Source: an uncultured Rhodospirillaceae bacterium
GTDB lineage: Bacteria > Pseudomonadota > Alphaproteobacteria > UBA2966
Direction: 5' to 3'
Assembly: GCA_964343605.1 (NCBI GenBank)
Contig: CAYFKJ010000004.1
Coordinates: forward strand, 60,574 to 124,573
DNA: 64,000 nt
Shown here: piece after piece, positions 48,401-59,181 of the stretch
How the letters are laid out: the number at the start of each line of letters is the position of its first letter
How positions within the stretch are numbered: the first letter of the stretch is position 1
Translations under genes and position numbers: made by a program
Notes under the pieces: model-generated
What the model was told of the DNA's origin: nothing
Databases searched by the model: none
The model's input: the letters and a program-made list of their open reading frames with translations, nothing else

Positions 48401-48618
48401 TCGGGATCAATGGGGGCGATGATGTTGCCTTCGACGTCTTCCGCCGAAGCGCCCGACCAGGTGACGCTGATGCTGATGAAGTCGAGACCGATGTTCGGGA
48501 AGAACTGGGTGTTCATCCGCATCAGCGAGAACACGCCGATGCCGATCATCATCAGCATCAGCAAGTTTGAGGCGTTGCGGTGGCGGACGAACAGCCCGAT
48601 GAGGTCCTTGAGAAACAT
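45493..48618 (-). CDS. RND efflux transporter permease (AcrB/AcrD/AcrF family)
   Basis: 1041 aa with two large periplasmic loops and 12 TM segments. Conserved GIIVDDAIVV motif in TM4. Confidence 0.92.
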   Translation of the reverse strand: MFLKDLIGLFVRHRNASNLLMLMMIGIGVFSLMRMNTQFFPNIGLDFISISVTWSGASAEDVEGNIIAPIDPEVRFIDSVKRVTSTAREGLAIIVIEFESGADMQAALSNVESAVGRITTLPEDSDKPVVARAVHYDPISRLSISGPFSEAALKATAKRIRDDLLARGIAQVSLTGARKEEIWVEVQPKTLRRLDLQLRDIGDKIRSTSQDLPSGTMEGQFEAQIRSIGLAKHADAIADIEIRSLDNGEKIFLKDIADISDAFEFHGVSTLQDGVPAIGLHIQRATNADALDQAEIVDNYLAELRPTLPPTMVLNHYDVRAALIDDRIKLLLRNGAGGLILVLGVLFLFLSGRLAFWIAVGIPVAMMATMGAMLFTGQTINMISLFALIMTLGIIVDDAIVVGEHAATRRAQGLGPIDAAESGAVRMLAPVMSSSLTTIAAFMPIFMIGDIIGQVISAIPFVVVSVLVASLMECFLVLPGHLRGALPRPREGASRFRTWFDEGFNRIRDGWFVRFVSLCVRWRYVTLSAALAFLILSAGLVLGGRVGFNFFPAPEGDNIFANVVFAPGSPRSQTERMIHDLEAGMRRAEAKLSDGKGGLINSNFAIVGHSVAREFAGRPGVHLGGIHVELVPSDQRPVTTAEFIEAWRKEVVPLAGIDRVSLSAPSHGPPGKEIDVRLTGGTTTALKAASDEVKALLARFPGVSDIEDDLPFGKREVILEVSPRGKALGFTTQSVGRQVRDAFEGHIAKRFARGDEEVAVRVQFPRGEAGGGTLRDLYLRAPSGTEVPLSEVVNIRESRGFARIRREDGEREVAVTAEIDETVTSSAATLTALEDAGLAEIAARHDLDYVFRGKFEEQAKTLGEMKIGAALGLGAIYLILAWVFASYVRPLVVMAIIPFGLVGAVIGHLVMGFDLSILSLVALLGLAGILVNNSIILVSVIEERLAHGESWENAIIGGARDRLRAVLLTSLTTIGGLLPLMFETSLQAQFMIPMAITIVFGLGVATALVLVVVPALLAAQADFGRLIGRGKEESLSGTPAE

Positions 48619-48623
48619 CGGCG

Positions 48624-49859
48624 TTACCGGATCTCGACCTTGAGGCCGGCGCCGATTTCGGCAAAGCGGGTGGTGACCGCCCGCTCGCCGTCGCTCAAGG
48701 CACCGCGGACCAATACGTCATCGCCGACGCGGCCCATGACTTCAACTTCCCGGGCCTCGAGCCGGCCCTCGACCACGACGTAGACGATCGAGCCATGCAG
48801 CGCGCTTTCGTTGAGGCGCGCGACGCCGGTGAATTTCCGGTCGCGCAACATGACCTCGACGAAGGCGCCGGGGCGGATGGGCTGGTCCGAACCCGTGCCC
48901 TGAAGGCGGGCGTAGAGGTCGACGCCGCCGCTCGCCGCGTCGATGCGTGCGCCGGCCCGTTCAACCGCGGCCTTGTATTCGAATTCCCGTTCGCCGGCCC
49001 GCCACAACACGCGGGCGGTGCGGCCCTCGATGCCGCCGCCGGAGACGAGGCGGCCGTATTGGTCGTCCGAGACGTGAATGCGGACCTCCAGCCTGCCGGC
49101 GTCGATCAGCTTTGCGATGGGGTCGTTGAGCGACAGCCGCCGGCCCCGGTCGGCCGCCTTGTTCAGGATGTAGCCGTCAAACGGCGCCACGAGCTTCGTG
49201 CGCTGAAGGTCGCGTTTGGCCCGGCGCACGCCGACCTCAAGCTGTTTGATCTTGGAAGACTGCTGCGCCAACTGCGCCACGTAAGCCGTCAACATGTTCT
49301 GCCGTGTGGAGACCAATTGGGTCTGCCGGCTTTCGGCGATACGCGCGTCGTCGAGGCGCTTTTCCGAAACGGCGCCGCGCTTGTGGAGCTTCTTGATGCG
49401 CGCGAGATCGCGCTTCGTCAGTTCCAGTTGCGCCTTGTCCTGAACCAGGCCGTCGCTTTCCGATTTGCGCCGGGCTTCGATTTCGTCGCGCCGCGCCCGG
49501 GCTTCGGCCAATTGCGCCGTTCGCTCGTCCAGCGCCGCGCGGTAATCGAAGGGGTCGATCTCCACCAACAACTCGCCGGACTTTACCGTGCCGCCCTCGG
49601 CGAAGTTTTTCCCGACCTTGATCACCGGTCCGACAACCAGGGCCCTGAGTTCGGCCTCGCGCCCCGCCACCACCTGGCCGAACAGCCGCATTTCAGGTTG
49701 CAGATCGGCCACCGCGACGATATCCGCCGCGACCGTCCAGACTTTTTCGGAAGGGGCCTCCGGCGTAATCTCCGGACGCGTCGCCCAGAGCGAAAATGCG
49801 CTAAACCCGGCCAAGCCCAACACGGCGAGCGGCAAGATTATTTTCATCGTGTTTCGCAT
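48624..49859 (-). CDS. RND efflux periplasmic adaptor (HlyD/MFP family)
   Basis: 411 aa with an N-terminal signal/anchor, a coiled-coil hairpin region and a beta-barrel C-terminus. Lies 5 nt upstream of the RND permease. Confidence 0.88.
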   Translation of the reverse strand: MRNTMKIILPLAVLGLAGFSAFSLWATRPEITPEAPSEKVWTVAADIVAVADLQPEMRLFGQVVAGREAELRALVVGPVIKVGKNFAEGGTVKSGELLVEIDPFDYRAALDERTAQLAEARARRDEIEARRKSESDGLVQDKAQLELTKRDLARIKKLHKRGAVSEKRLDDARIAESRQTQLVSTRQNMLTAYVAQLAQQSSKIKQLEVGVRRAKRDLQRTKLVAPFDGYILNKAADRGRRLSLNDPIAKLIDAGRLEVRIHVSDDQYGRLVSGGGIEGRTARVLWRAGEREFEYKAAVERAGARIDAASGGVDLYARLQGTGSDQPIRPGAFVEVMLRDRKFTGVARLNESALHGSIVYVVVEGRLEAREVEVMGRVGDDVLVRGALSDGERAVTTRFAEIGAGLKVEIR

Positions 49860-49868
49860 CTGAATAAC

Positions 49869-50615
49869 CTAAGACCTAGCGTTCGCATCGGGCATCGGCA
49901 ATTCCAACAGGCGCAAAACCGACTTGATCGTGGCGGAAATCAGTGTTTCCGCGTTTTCCGGCGAATACTCGTCCCAGCCCATGCGGGCCAGGATGACCGG
50001 CCGCATCAGGCTGAGTTTCATGACCTGGGTGGTCACCGAGAGGCCCAGCAACTTCACCTCCGTATCGTCCATATTGCCGCCGGTGGCGGCGGCGACCAAC
50101 CCGGTGATGGCGTCCTGCGCAGGATTGATGTGTTCGTCCATGACCAGCGAGAACGCCGCCGTCGGATGATGCAGTTCCCGCACCACCAGATTCACGGGCG
50201 CCATGGGAAAATCCGTGCTGGTCAAGGCGGTGTAGAAGCCCCGGACAAAGCCCGCGGCGATCAACGCCAGCACCTGCTTGTCACCGCCCGCCGCTTCCAC
50301 GGCGCTTCCCAGCTTTTCGATGACGCCCCGCCGGCGCGGCTCCAGTTGTGTCAGGGCATGGCGCATCGCCGCTTCGTAAAGGGCCGTCTTGCCGCCGAAA
50401 TGGTAGGTGATGGCCGAGAGGTTGACGCCAGCGGCGGTGGCCAGTTCGCGGGTCGATACGCCGTCGAGACCCTTTTCGGCGAACAGCGCCATGGCGGCGT
50501 CCAACAGCCTCTGTCGGCCTTCGGCGGCATCGCCGTTGCGCGGACGCCCCCGCCGCATGGGCTGGTCGACATTCCGTTCGGCGCTCGGATTAATTAGGTC
50601 GTTCGTTTGAACCAT
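49869..50615 (-). CDS. TetR/AcrR family transcriptional regulator (CerR-type C-terminal domain)
   Basis: HTH FAEKGLDGVSTRELATAAGVNLSAITYHFGGK. Located upstream of the efflux genes on the same strand. Confidence 0.85.
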   Translation of the reverse strand: MVQTNDLINPSAERNVDQPMRRGRPRNGDAAEGRQRLLDAAMALFAEKGLDGVSTRELATAAGVNLSAITYHFGGKTALYEAAMRHALTQLEPRRRGVIEKLGSAVEAAGGDKQVLALIAAGFVRGFYTALTSTDFPMAPVNLVVRELHHPTAAFSLVMDEHINPAQDAITGLVAAATGGNMDDTEVKLLGLSVTTQVMKLSLMRPVILARMGWDEYSPENAETLISATIKSVLRLLELPMPDANARS

Positions 50616-50734
50616 AAAATCGATATAAGCCCGTGATCGGGAGATTTCAACCCGAATCCGGGCGGCCTCTATGGACGGTTACCTCCTCGCCCAGTATCGT
50701 GCCGCCAAATTCAGTCGGGAAGTTGTCGCCAAAC

Positions 50735-51901
50735 ATGCCTTCACAGTCCTATTCGCCGGTCGCCATGATCGAACGCCTGGTGGCGTTCGACACCACCAGC
50801 CGCAATTCGAACCTCGAATTGATCCATTTCGTCCGGGATTATCTCGCCGCACACGACGTCGCTTGCGACATTATCCACAATGACGACGGCGCCAAGGCCA
50901 ACCTGTACGCCACGTTGGGTCCCAAATGCGACGGCGGCGTGGTGCTGTCGGGACACACCGATGTCGTACCGGTCGACGGTCAGGACTGGCACACCGACCC
51001 CTTCGCCATGGCGGAAAAGGACGGGAAGTTCTACGGCCGCGGCACCGCCGACATGAAGAGCTTTCTCGCCATCGCCCTGGCCATGGTGCCGGATATTCTC
51101 CCGCGCACCCTTGAGGTCCCCATCCACCTGGCGCTCTCCTATGACGAAGAGGTCGGCTGCATAGGCGCCCACGATCTGGTGCCGAGCATCACCGTCCCCG
51201 GCGCCAAACCGCAGGCGATCATCGTCGGCGAGCCCACCGGCATGAAGGTGGTCAACGCGCACAAGGGCATCAATTCGTTCTACACCACGGTGACCGGGCT
51301 GGAGGGGCATTCGAGCGCCACACACCAGGGCGTCAATGCCATCGTATTCGCTGCCGAAATGATCGCTTTCCTCGGCCGGTTGGCGGAGGAACTGAAGGCG
51401 GGCGCGGACCCCGAAAGCCGCTTCGATCCGCCCTACACCACCATACAGGTCGGTCTCGTCGAGGGCGGCACGGCGCTGAACATCATTCCCCGCCAATGCC
51501 AATTCGTCTGGGAGTTCCGCAACGTGCCCGAGGACGACCCCGACGAACTGCTGGCGCGGGTCAACGATTTCGCCGAAACCGAGTTAGTGCCACGCATGCG
51601 GGCGGTTTCTGACGATGTGGGCATCGAAACGAAGTTTCGGGCGCAGGTGCGCGGCCTGGTGCCGGAGGACGGCTCGCCCGCTGAAACGCTGGTCCTGGCG
51701 CTGGCGGGAAGCAACCGTACCCACGCCGTGTCCTACGGCACCGAAGCCGGCATTTTCCAGGAAGCGGGCGTGCCGACAGTGGTATGCGGTCCCGGCGACA
51801 TCGCGCAGGCCCACAAGCCGAACGAATTCATCTCGCTGGCACAGGTTGACGAATGCCAGGCATTTATTGGACGCTTGGTCGATCACTTAGCAGTCGATTA
51901 G
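50735..51901 (+). CDS. argE: acetylornithine deacetylase (M20 peptidase family)
   Basis: 388 aa from ATG 50735. Motifs LSGHTDVVPV, GRGTADMK and DEEVGC. Confidence 0.8.
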   Translation: MPSQSYSPVAMIERLVAFDTTSRNSNLELIHFVRDYLAAHDVACDIIHNDDGAKANLYATLGPKCDGGVVLSGHTDVVPVDGQDWHTDPFAMAEKDGKFYGRGTADMKSFLAIALAMVPDILPRTLEVPIHLALSYDEEVGCIGAHDLVPSITVPGAKPQAIIVGEPTGMKVVNAHKGINSFYTTVTGLEGHSSATHQGVNAIVFAAEMIAFLGRLAEELKAGADPESRFDPPYTTIQVGLVEGGTALNIIPRQCQFVWEFRNVPEDDPDELLARVNDFAETELVPRMRAVSDDVGIETKFRAQVRGLVPEDGSPAETLVLALAGSNRTHAVSYGTEAGIFQEAGVPTVVCGPGDIAQAHKPNEFISLAQVDECQAFIGRLVDHLAVD

Positions 51902-51916
51902 GGACGACGATCATCC

Positions 51917-52615
51917 ATGCCGGATATGCCGATTGATATCGAGGCGGCATTCGAGGCGACCGCAACGGAGGAAGACCGGGCCCGGCGTCTTTTGATCCCG
52001 TGCTTCGGCGAATTCTATACGGCCCTTGTCCGCGCCATTCCGTTCAAAACGGAAGACGAATTCTCAGTGCTGGAACTCGGCTCGGGCAGCGGGTTAATGG
52101 CGGCGCTGGCGCTCCATTACTTCCCCAACGCCATGTTGACGCTGGTGGAGCGGGATGAAAACGCCATCGAGGCCTCGCGCCAAAGGCTGGCCGGCCGGAC
52201 TGACCAAATCGTTTGGCTGCACATGGATTACGTCCGCGAGGATCCGGTGGGCCAATTCGATCTCTCGCTGTCGGCGCTCTCGCTGCACCACAATTCCAAT
52301 CTCGACAAACGCGCCCTTATGCGCACCATTTACGCCACGCTCGTGCCGGGCGGCACCTTCATCATCGGCGACCGCGTCTCGGGCACGACGGTCGATCTCG
52401 AAGACCACTATTGGCAAGTTTGGGAGGAAGAAGTCCGCGCCCTGGGCGCGGCCGATGACGACATCGCAGAAAGCCTCGCGCGCCGCGACAACGACGTCCT
52501 GGCCACCCTGGAAACCCATCTCACGGCAATGGATGCACCGGGATTCAGGGACCTCGACATCTATTACAAGTCCATGATGTTCGCCGTTTTCGGTGGCCAC
52601 CGCCCGAGGTACTAA
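51917..52615 (+). CDS. class I SAM-dependent methyltransferase
   Basis: 232 aa. Motif I VLELGSGSGLM, followed by LVERDE and the post-I acidic residue. Confidence 0.75.
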   Translation: MPDMPIDIEAAFEATATEEDRARRLLIPCFGEFYTALVRAIPFKTEDEFSVLELGSGSGLMAALALHYFPNAMLTLVERDENAIEASRQRLAGRTDQIVWLHMDYVREDPVGQFDLSLSALSLHHNSNLDKRALMRTIYATLVPGGTFIIGDRVSGTTVDLEDHYWQVWEEEVRALGAADDDIAESLARRDNDVLATLETHLTAMDAPGFRDLDIYYKSMMFAVFGGHRPRY

Positions 52616-52623
52616 GGCCCGCG

Positions 52624-53220
52624 CTACATCAAATCACCGGCCATGAATTTCTTTACGTTGGCGTCCAGCGTCCTGTCGAGATCGGTCATCAGGGCCGAAG
52701 TGAATTCGAAGAAAATCTGATCCAATTCGTTGGGCGGCACTTCCTCGGGTACGGTCCTGGACCGCGAAACCCGCGCATCCGCCTTGGATTTGACAAATCC
52801 CCGGGCCGATCGAAGCTCGATCGCCACCTCCAGGACACCGGTGTATTTGGCCGCTTGTTCCTTGTAGAAGAGCCCCTTCACGCCCTCCTTTACCTTCAGC
52901 GCCTCGCCCACGACACTCGCCTCGCGGACGATAATGCGAACGTTGCCCTCCGTACCGACGGCCTGGACCCGGTCGGTAATCCAGCGCCGGATCGCCAGTT
53001 CAGGCACCAACGGAAATTCGTGCTCGACATTGGGTGACTTGAAGGGCGCCGCATAATCGTCCACGACCTCGACCTCCGCCGCAGCGAATTTTAGCGGCGT
53101 CAGATGATTCCATGTCAGATCCGGAAACGCCGGCGCCGTGGCGGGCGTTTCACATGAGGCCAGAAACAGGGCTGCCAAGCCGACGAACAGGCAACGGATT
53201 GGGGTGTTCATTCGCATCAT
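52624..53220 (-). CDS. lipoprotein of unknown function
   Basis: Lipobox LFLASC after a signal peptide (MMRMNTPIRCLFVGLAALFLASC). Start at ATG 53220 or 53217. Confidence 0.65.
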   Translation of the reverse strand: MMRMNTPIRCLFVGLAALFLASCETPATAPAFPDLTWNHLTPLKFAAAEVEVVDDYAAPFKSPNVEHEFPLVPELAIRRWITDRVQAVGTEGNVRIIVREASVVGEALKVKEGVKGLFYKEQAAKYTGVLEVAIELRSARGFVKSKADARVSRSRTVPEEVPPNELDQIFFEFTSALMTDLDRTLDANVKKFMAGDLM

Positions 53221-53291
53221 GCCGAATTGTTTGCCGAAAAAATGTGGCGGCATGATGACGCCGCCGATGGTCGAGTTCAAGTGCGGCGGCA

Positions 53292-54233
53292 CTAGCCGGC
53301 GCTACGCCGCGCTTCGATCTCCGGCTGCGAGAAGGCGTGCTCGGCGTTGCAGAACTGGCAGGTGGAGGTCACCCTGCCGTCCACCACCATGTCGGCCAAC
53401 TCCTCGGCCGAGAAAGTGGCGAGCACGCTGATCATGCGTTCCCGGCTGCAACTGCAGCGCGCTTGCAGCGGCGCCGGTCTGTAAACCCTGACGCCGTCCT
53501 CGTGAAACAGCCGGTAGAGCAACGATCCGCCCGCCAGATCGGCATCGAGAAATTCATCCCGCTTGGCGCTGCCCAGCAAGATCAGGGCGCGACGCCAGTC
53601 GTCCTCGGCCTCCTCTTCGCCGCGGCCGTGGGCGGAGGCGCCGGCCAAGCGCTCCAGCATCAATGCACCGGCGCGCCAGCTCCCGTCGACGCAGCCGACT
53701 TCCAGGCGTACGGCGGCGGCGAGCTGCTCGGACTGACGCAGATACTCGTGTGCGCAATCGGCCAGGGTCGCCCCCTCAAGGCCGACGACGCCCTGGTAGG
53801 TTTCCGTTTCGGCGCCCTGGTCGACGGTGAAGGCGAGATGACCGCTGCCCAACAATCTGGGCACCGGACCGGATATCGCCGCGTCCGCTTCGGCCTGCGC
53901 AACCGCCTCGGCGTCGAAGCGGGCATAACCCCTGAGCGCCCCGTCGGTGGTGAAATCCGCGATCATCAGGCTGACGGGACCCTGGCTGGACGTCTGCAGG
54001 GTGAAGCGGCCCTCGAACTTGAAGGTGCCGGCGATGACGGTGGCCAGCGTCAGGGCTTCACCCAGGAGGGTCGCCACGGCTTCGGGGTAATCGTGAGCCG
54101 TCAGGATTTCGTCGAGCGCCGGGCCGAGGCGCGCGAGACGGCCCCGGAGATCGGCGTTCTCGAACCGGAAGGGCAATACAATATCGTCATCCCGGCCTTG
54201 GGTCGCCGCCGCCGCCGTTGCTTCGTGGTTCAT
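53292..54233 (-). CDS. hslO: Hsp33 family redox-regulated chaperone
   Basis: 313 aa from ATG 54233. C-terminal zinc centre CSCSRER...CQFCN. Confidence 0.88.
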   Translation of the reverse strand: MNHEATAAAATQGRDDDIVLPFRFENADLRGRLARLGPALDEILTAHDYPEAVATLLGEALTLATVIAGTFKFEGRFTLQTSSQGPVSLMIADFTTDGALRGYARFDAEAVAQAEADAAISGPVPRLLGSGHLAFTVDQGAETETYQGVVGLEGATLADCAHEYLRQSEQLAAAVRLEVGCVDGSWRAGALMLERLAGASAHGRGEEEAEDDWRRALILLGSAKRDEFLDADLAGGSLLYRLFHEDGVRVYRPAPLQARCSCSRERMISVLATFSAEELADMVVDGRVTSTCQFCNAEHAFSQPEIEARRSAG

Positions 54234-54255
54234 GTGTCGTTCCGTTCGCCGGCCG

Positions 54256-55185
54256 TCAAGCGTCGAGACACCAGGCCAAAACGCCTTTCTGGGCGTGCAC
54301 CCGGTTTTCCGCCTCGTCCCAGACCACCGAATGGGGTCCGTCGATGACGGCATCCGTCACTTCCTCGCCGCGATGGGCGGGAAGGCAGTGCAGGAAAAGG
54401 GCGTCGGGCTTGGCAAGACTCATCAGTCGCTCGTTGACCTGATAGGGCTTGAGCAGGTTGTGGCGCGTTTCCGCCTGATCGTCGCCCATGGAAACCCAAG
54501 TATCGGCGATGACGCCGTCGGCGCCGGCCACTGCAACTTCCACATCGTCCGTCAAACTGACCTTCGCGCCGAGTTCCCTCGCCCATTCGAGCACATGGGC
54601 AGGCGGTGCCAACTGGTCGGGACAGGCCAGCCGCAGTTCGAAGCCGAGTTTGGCCGCCGCATGCACCCACGAGACGGCCATGTTATTGCCGTCGCCGCAC
54701 CAGGTCATGACCTTTCCGGCGATGGGGCCGCGATGCTCCTCTACCGTCAACACGTCCGCCATCACCTGGCAGGGATGGGTATTGTCGGTCAGCCCGTTGA
54801 TCACGGGTACGCTGGCGTACTCCGCCATCTCCAGCAGTTTGTCGTGGGCCGTGGTGCGAATCATGATGGCGTCGACATAGCGGGACAGCACGCGCGCCGT
54901 ATCGGCGACGGTCTCGCCCCGGCCCAGTTGGGTATCGCGGCTCGACAACATCAAGGCGGTACCGCCCAACTGGCGGATGGCGACCTCGAACGACACCCGC
55001 GTGCGCGTCGAGGGCTTCTCGAAGACCATGGCCAGCAGGCGGCCGTCCAGGGGCCGGCCCTCGTCGGGTACGCCCTTGGGCAAACCCATCCGCGCCGTTT
55101 TCAACGCCGCCGACCGTTCCAGGATGTGGCGTAAGTTCGCTTCATCCAGCGCATCGATGTCGAGAAAATGGCGAGGATCGGTCAT
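54256..55185 (-). CDS. argF: ornithine carbamoyltransferase
   Basis: 309 aa with the motifs [17 protein letters not shown] and [11 protein letters not shown]. Confidence 0.93.
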   Translation of the reverse strand: MTDPRHFLDIDALDEANLRHILERSAALKTARMGLPKGVPDEGRPLDGRLLAMVFEKPSTRTRVSFEVAIRQLGGTALMLSSRDTQLGRGETVADTARVLSRYVDAIMIRTTAHDKLLEMAEYASVPVINGLTDNTHPCQVMADVLTVEEHRGPIAGKVMTWCGDGNNMAVSWVHAAAKLGFELRLACPDQLAPPAHVLEWARELGAKVSLTDDVEVAVAGADGVIADTWVSMGDDQAETRHNLLKPYQVNERLMSLAKPDALFLHCLPAHRGEEVTDAVIDGPHSVVWDEAENRVHAQKGVLAWCLDA

Positions 55186-55189
55186 CGGC

Positions 55190-56401
<1,212 letters not shown>

Positions 56402-56493
56402 CGCCGCTTTTCGGCGGCATCCACAAACTCACCCTCGGGAAAGCGGCGCAGTATGGTTTTCCGCGCCCCTGCTGTCAACGCCGGGTTGAGAGA

Positions 56494-57309
56494 TCAGGCC
56501 TTAATCTTGTAGCCGCGCCGGAAGAGCGAATAGACGAAACAACCGAGCACGATATTGATTCCCAGCATGACGACGGCGCCCAGCACGGGCGAGCCGTCGG
56601 AGCGGTCGATGAAGCCGTAACGGAAGCCGTCGATCATGTAGAAAAACGGATCGAGCTGGCTCAGCGTGTACCAGATGCCCGGCAGGCGCTCGACGGAATA
56701 AAAAGTGCCGGACAGGAAGGCCAAGGGTGTGATGACAAAATTCGTAATCACCGCCATGCGGTCGAACTTTTCAGCCCACAAACCGACCAGCATTCCCAGC
56801 ATCGACAACATCAACGAACCGGTTACGGCGAAATAAGCGATGGCCCAGACGTGGTGGATCTCGATGGTCGCAAACGGCGTCATCGCAATCAGGACGAACA
56901 GGCCGACCGCAACGCCCCTGGTCACGCCGCCCAGCGCATAGGCCAGAACCAATTCCGCCGCCGACAGCGGCGGCATCAGCACGTCTACGATGTTGCCCTG
57001 GATCTTTCCGATCATCAGGGTCGAGGAGGTGTTGGCGAACGAGTTCTGCACGATTGCCATCATCACCAGGCCGGGCGCCAGGAACTGAAGGAAAGGAAGA
57101 TCGCCGACAGTGCGCACCGCACCACCCAGCGCCAAGGAGAAGATCGCCAGGAACAGCAAGGACGTCACCATGGGCGCGAACAGCGTCTGGCCCCAAACCT
57201 TCATGAAACGCTGCACTTCCTTGGCATAAAGCGTCCAGAGGCCGAGCCAATTGACCATGCCGATGGACCGCACGAATAGTGGCTGAGACGTTATTTGGTT
57301 GAGGCTCAT
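56494..57309 (-). CDS. ABC-2 type transporter permease (YadH-like)
   Basis: 271 aa with six hydrophobic segments and an ABC-2 family pattern. No ATPase gene adjacent. Confidence 0.75.
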   Translation of the reverse strand: MSLNQITSQPLFVRSIGMVNWLGLWTLYAKEVQRFMKVWGQTLFAPMVTSLLFLAIFSLALGGAVRTVGDLPFLQFLAPGLVMMAIVQNSFANTSSTLMIGKIQGNIVDVLMPPLSAAELVLAYALGGVTRGVAVGLFVLIAMTPFATIEIHHVWAIAYFAVTGSLMLSMLGMLVGLWAEKFDRMAVITNFVITPLAFLSGTFYSVERLPGIWYTLSQLDPFFYMIDGFRYGFIDRSDGSPVLGAVVMLGINIVLGCFVYSLFRRGYKIKA

Positions 57310-57428
57310 CGGACTCTCGAATGTATGGGGCGGGGAAGTGGGTGTCTCGATCTTATCTAGGATGACGTACTTCGATCACAAGTCTACTCGGATCGCGATG
57401 ATGAGAATCCACTAAATGAGTACCGACC

Positions 57429-57830
57429 CTAGTCTGAAAATCTTAAGGCGATGTCCGCGTTCAACGTGTTGCTGACGGTACAGATGCCCTTGGCCTTCGT
57501 CAGTAGTTTCTGAGACAAAGCTGCATCATCGGTAAGCCCGTGCGGGACGACGATTTCGAAGCTGCCGAAACGGCTGGGCAGATTTTCGGCCTTCTTGGAG
57601 GAAATCTCGACCTGAAACGGATCCAGCACCAATTTCTCCTGCTCGGCCGCCATCTGCAGGGAAATGGCGATGCAGGCGCCCAGCGAATAGAGAAGACAGT
57701 CGGCCGGCGACGTCACGGGGGGCGCGGTCTGTTCGACGGCGTCCGCAGTGGTCCCGTAGAGAACGTGCCGCTCCCTGTCGATGGAAACGTAAACGGGGCC
57801 AAATTTCTTGGGTTTGATCTTTATCTTCAT
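57429..57830 (-). CDS. OsmC/Ohr family peroxiredoxin-like protein
   Basis: 133 aa. Two conserved Cys contexts (LGACIAIS and GICTVSNT) are spaced as in the OsmC family. Confidence 0.75.
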   Translation of the reverse strand: MKIKIKPKKFGPVYVSIDRERHVLYGTTADAVEQTAPPVTSPADCLLYSLGACIAISLQMAAEQEKLVLDPFQVEISSKKAENLPSRFGSFEIVVPHGLTDDAALSQKLLTKAKGICTVSNTLNADIALRFSD

Positions 57831-57852
57831 TGCGCGATTGCCTTAATCCAAA

Positions 57853-59142
57853 TCAGAAAGCCAATTCCGGCAGGAACAGGGCGATTTGCGGAAACACGGT
57901 CAGAATCGCCACGGAGAGCAGCAGGATCATCCAATAGGGAATGGTTGCAATCGCCACCCGGCCGAGCGGCACCTCATTCCTGGTGATGGCGGTCAAAACC
58001 GTCAGGTTGAGCCCTACAGGCGGCGTGACCTGGCCGATTTCGATCATCACCGTGATAATGACGCCGAGCCAAATCGGATCGAACCCGAGCCCCGTCAACA
58101 GTGGAAAGACGATGGGCAAGGTCATGATCATCAACGACAGACCGTCGAAGATACAGCCGAATAAGACGTAGATCAGAATGATAACGGCGAAAATGCCGTA
58201 CTTGCCGAGACCGCTGCCGATGGCGGTCTCAAGGATCGCCTGGGGTACGCCCAGGATGCTGACCGACTGTGACAGGATCGACGCGCCGAGAACGATAAAA
58301 CCGATGGCGGCGAACAAAAGGATGGACCGTTGAACTGCGGCGACCAGCTTGGCGAACGTCAACTCGCCCCAGGCGAATGAGATTATGATCGCGACCACCA
58401 CGCCGACGCCGGCGGCTTCGGTTGGCGTGGCCAGGCCGAACATGATGCTGCCCATTATCGCCAGGATCAGCACCAGGATCGGCCAGATTTGCAGCATGCC
58501 CCGCATGACAGCCAGCAACGACAAGCGCTCCCGATCCCGCGGAGAGATCTCCGGACGGCGCAGGCATAGGATCAGGATGTAGGCCATAAAGAGACCGCTG
58601 ACCAAAAGACCCGGAATAATGCCGGCGACGAACAACCGGCCGATGGAGGTTTCCGTCAGCGCGCCGAAAATCAATAAAGACAGGCTGGGCGGGATCAAAA
58701 GGCCCAGGGTCCCGCCCCCCGCCAGCGAGCCCACGACAGCCTCCTTGTCGTAGCCTCGCCGGGCCATCTCCGGATACGCCACCGATCCCACGGCGGCAGC
58801 CGTCGACAAGCTGGAACCGCTGACGGCGCCGAACAATGTGCTGACAGCGATATTCGAATGCAGAAGACCGCCGGGCACCCGCGCGAAGACCGGCGTAAAC
58901 GCTGTATAGGCCCGCTCAGACACACCGCTTCGCAGCAGGATTTCGCCGAGCAGAATGAACATGGGCACGGCGCTTAGGGTAAAGCTGTTGAACACGCCCC
59001 AGATCACATCGATGGCGAGATAGGCCGAACCGTTGGCGAAAAAATGCAGGATGACCAAACCGGTCAGTCCCAGGGCCGCACCCAGCGCCACGCCGGAAAA
59101 GGCGGTGGCGATCAGTACACCCGTCAATGTCGTCCAAAACAC
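57853..59142 (-). CDS. dctM: TRAP transporter large permease subunit (DctM family)
   Basis: 429 aa polytopic protein with the typical DctM N-terminus and length. Confidence 0.9.
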   Translation of the reverse strand: MFWTTLTGVLIATAFSGVALGAALGLTGLVILHFFANGSAYLAIDVIWGVFNSFTLSAVPMFILLGEILLRSGVSERAYTAFTPVFARVPGGLLHSNIAVSTLFGAVSGSSLSTAAAVGSVAYPEMARRGYDKEAVVGSLAGGGTLGLLIPPSLSLLIFGALTETSIGRLFVAGIIPGLLVSGLFMAYILILCLRRPEISPRDRERLSLLAVMRGMLQIWPILVLILAIMGSIMFGLATPTEAAGVGVVVAIIISFAWGELTFAKLVAAVQRSILLFAAIGFIVLGASILSQSVSILGVPQAILETAIGSGLGKYGIFAVIILIYVLFGCIFDGLSLMIMTLPIVFPLLTGLGFDPIWLGVIITVMIEIGQVTPPVGLNLTVLTAITRNEVPLGRVAIATIPYWMILLLSVAILTVFPQIALFLPELAF

Positions 59143-59181
59143 CTAGGGACCTCTATCCAATTCGATGACGACCGAGCGCCG

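Noticed and set aside
48795-50597. 600-aa ORF on the plus strand
   Set aside because: It is antisense to the MFP and TetR genes. The sequence is low complexity and Arg/Gly-rich with no motifs.
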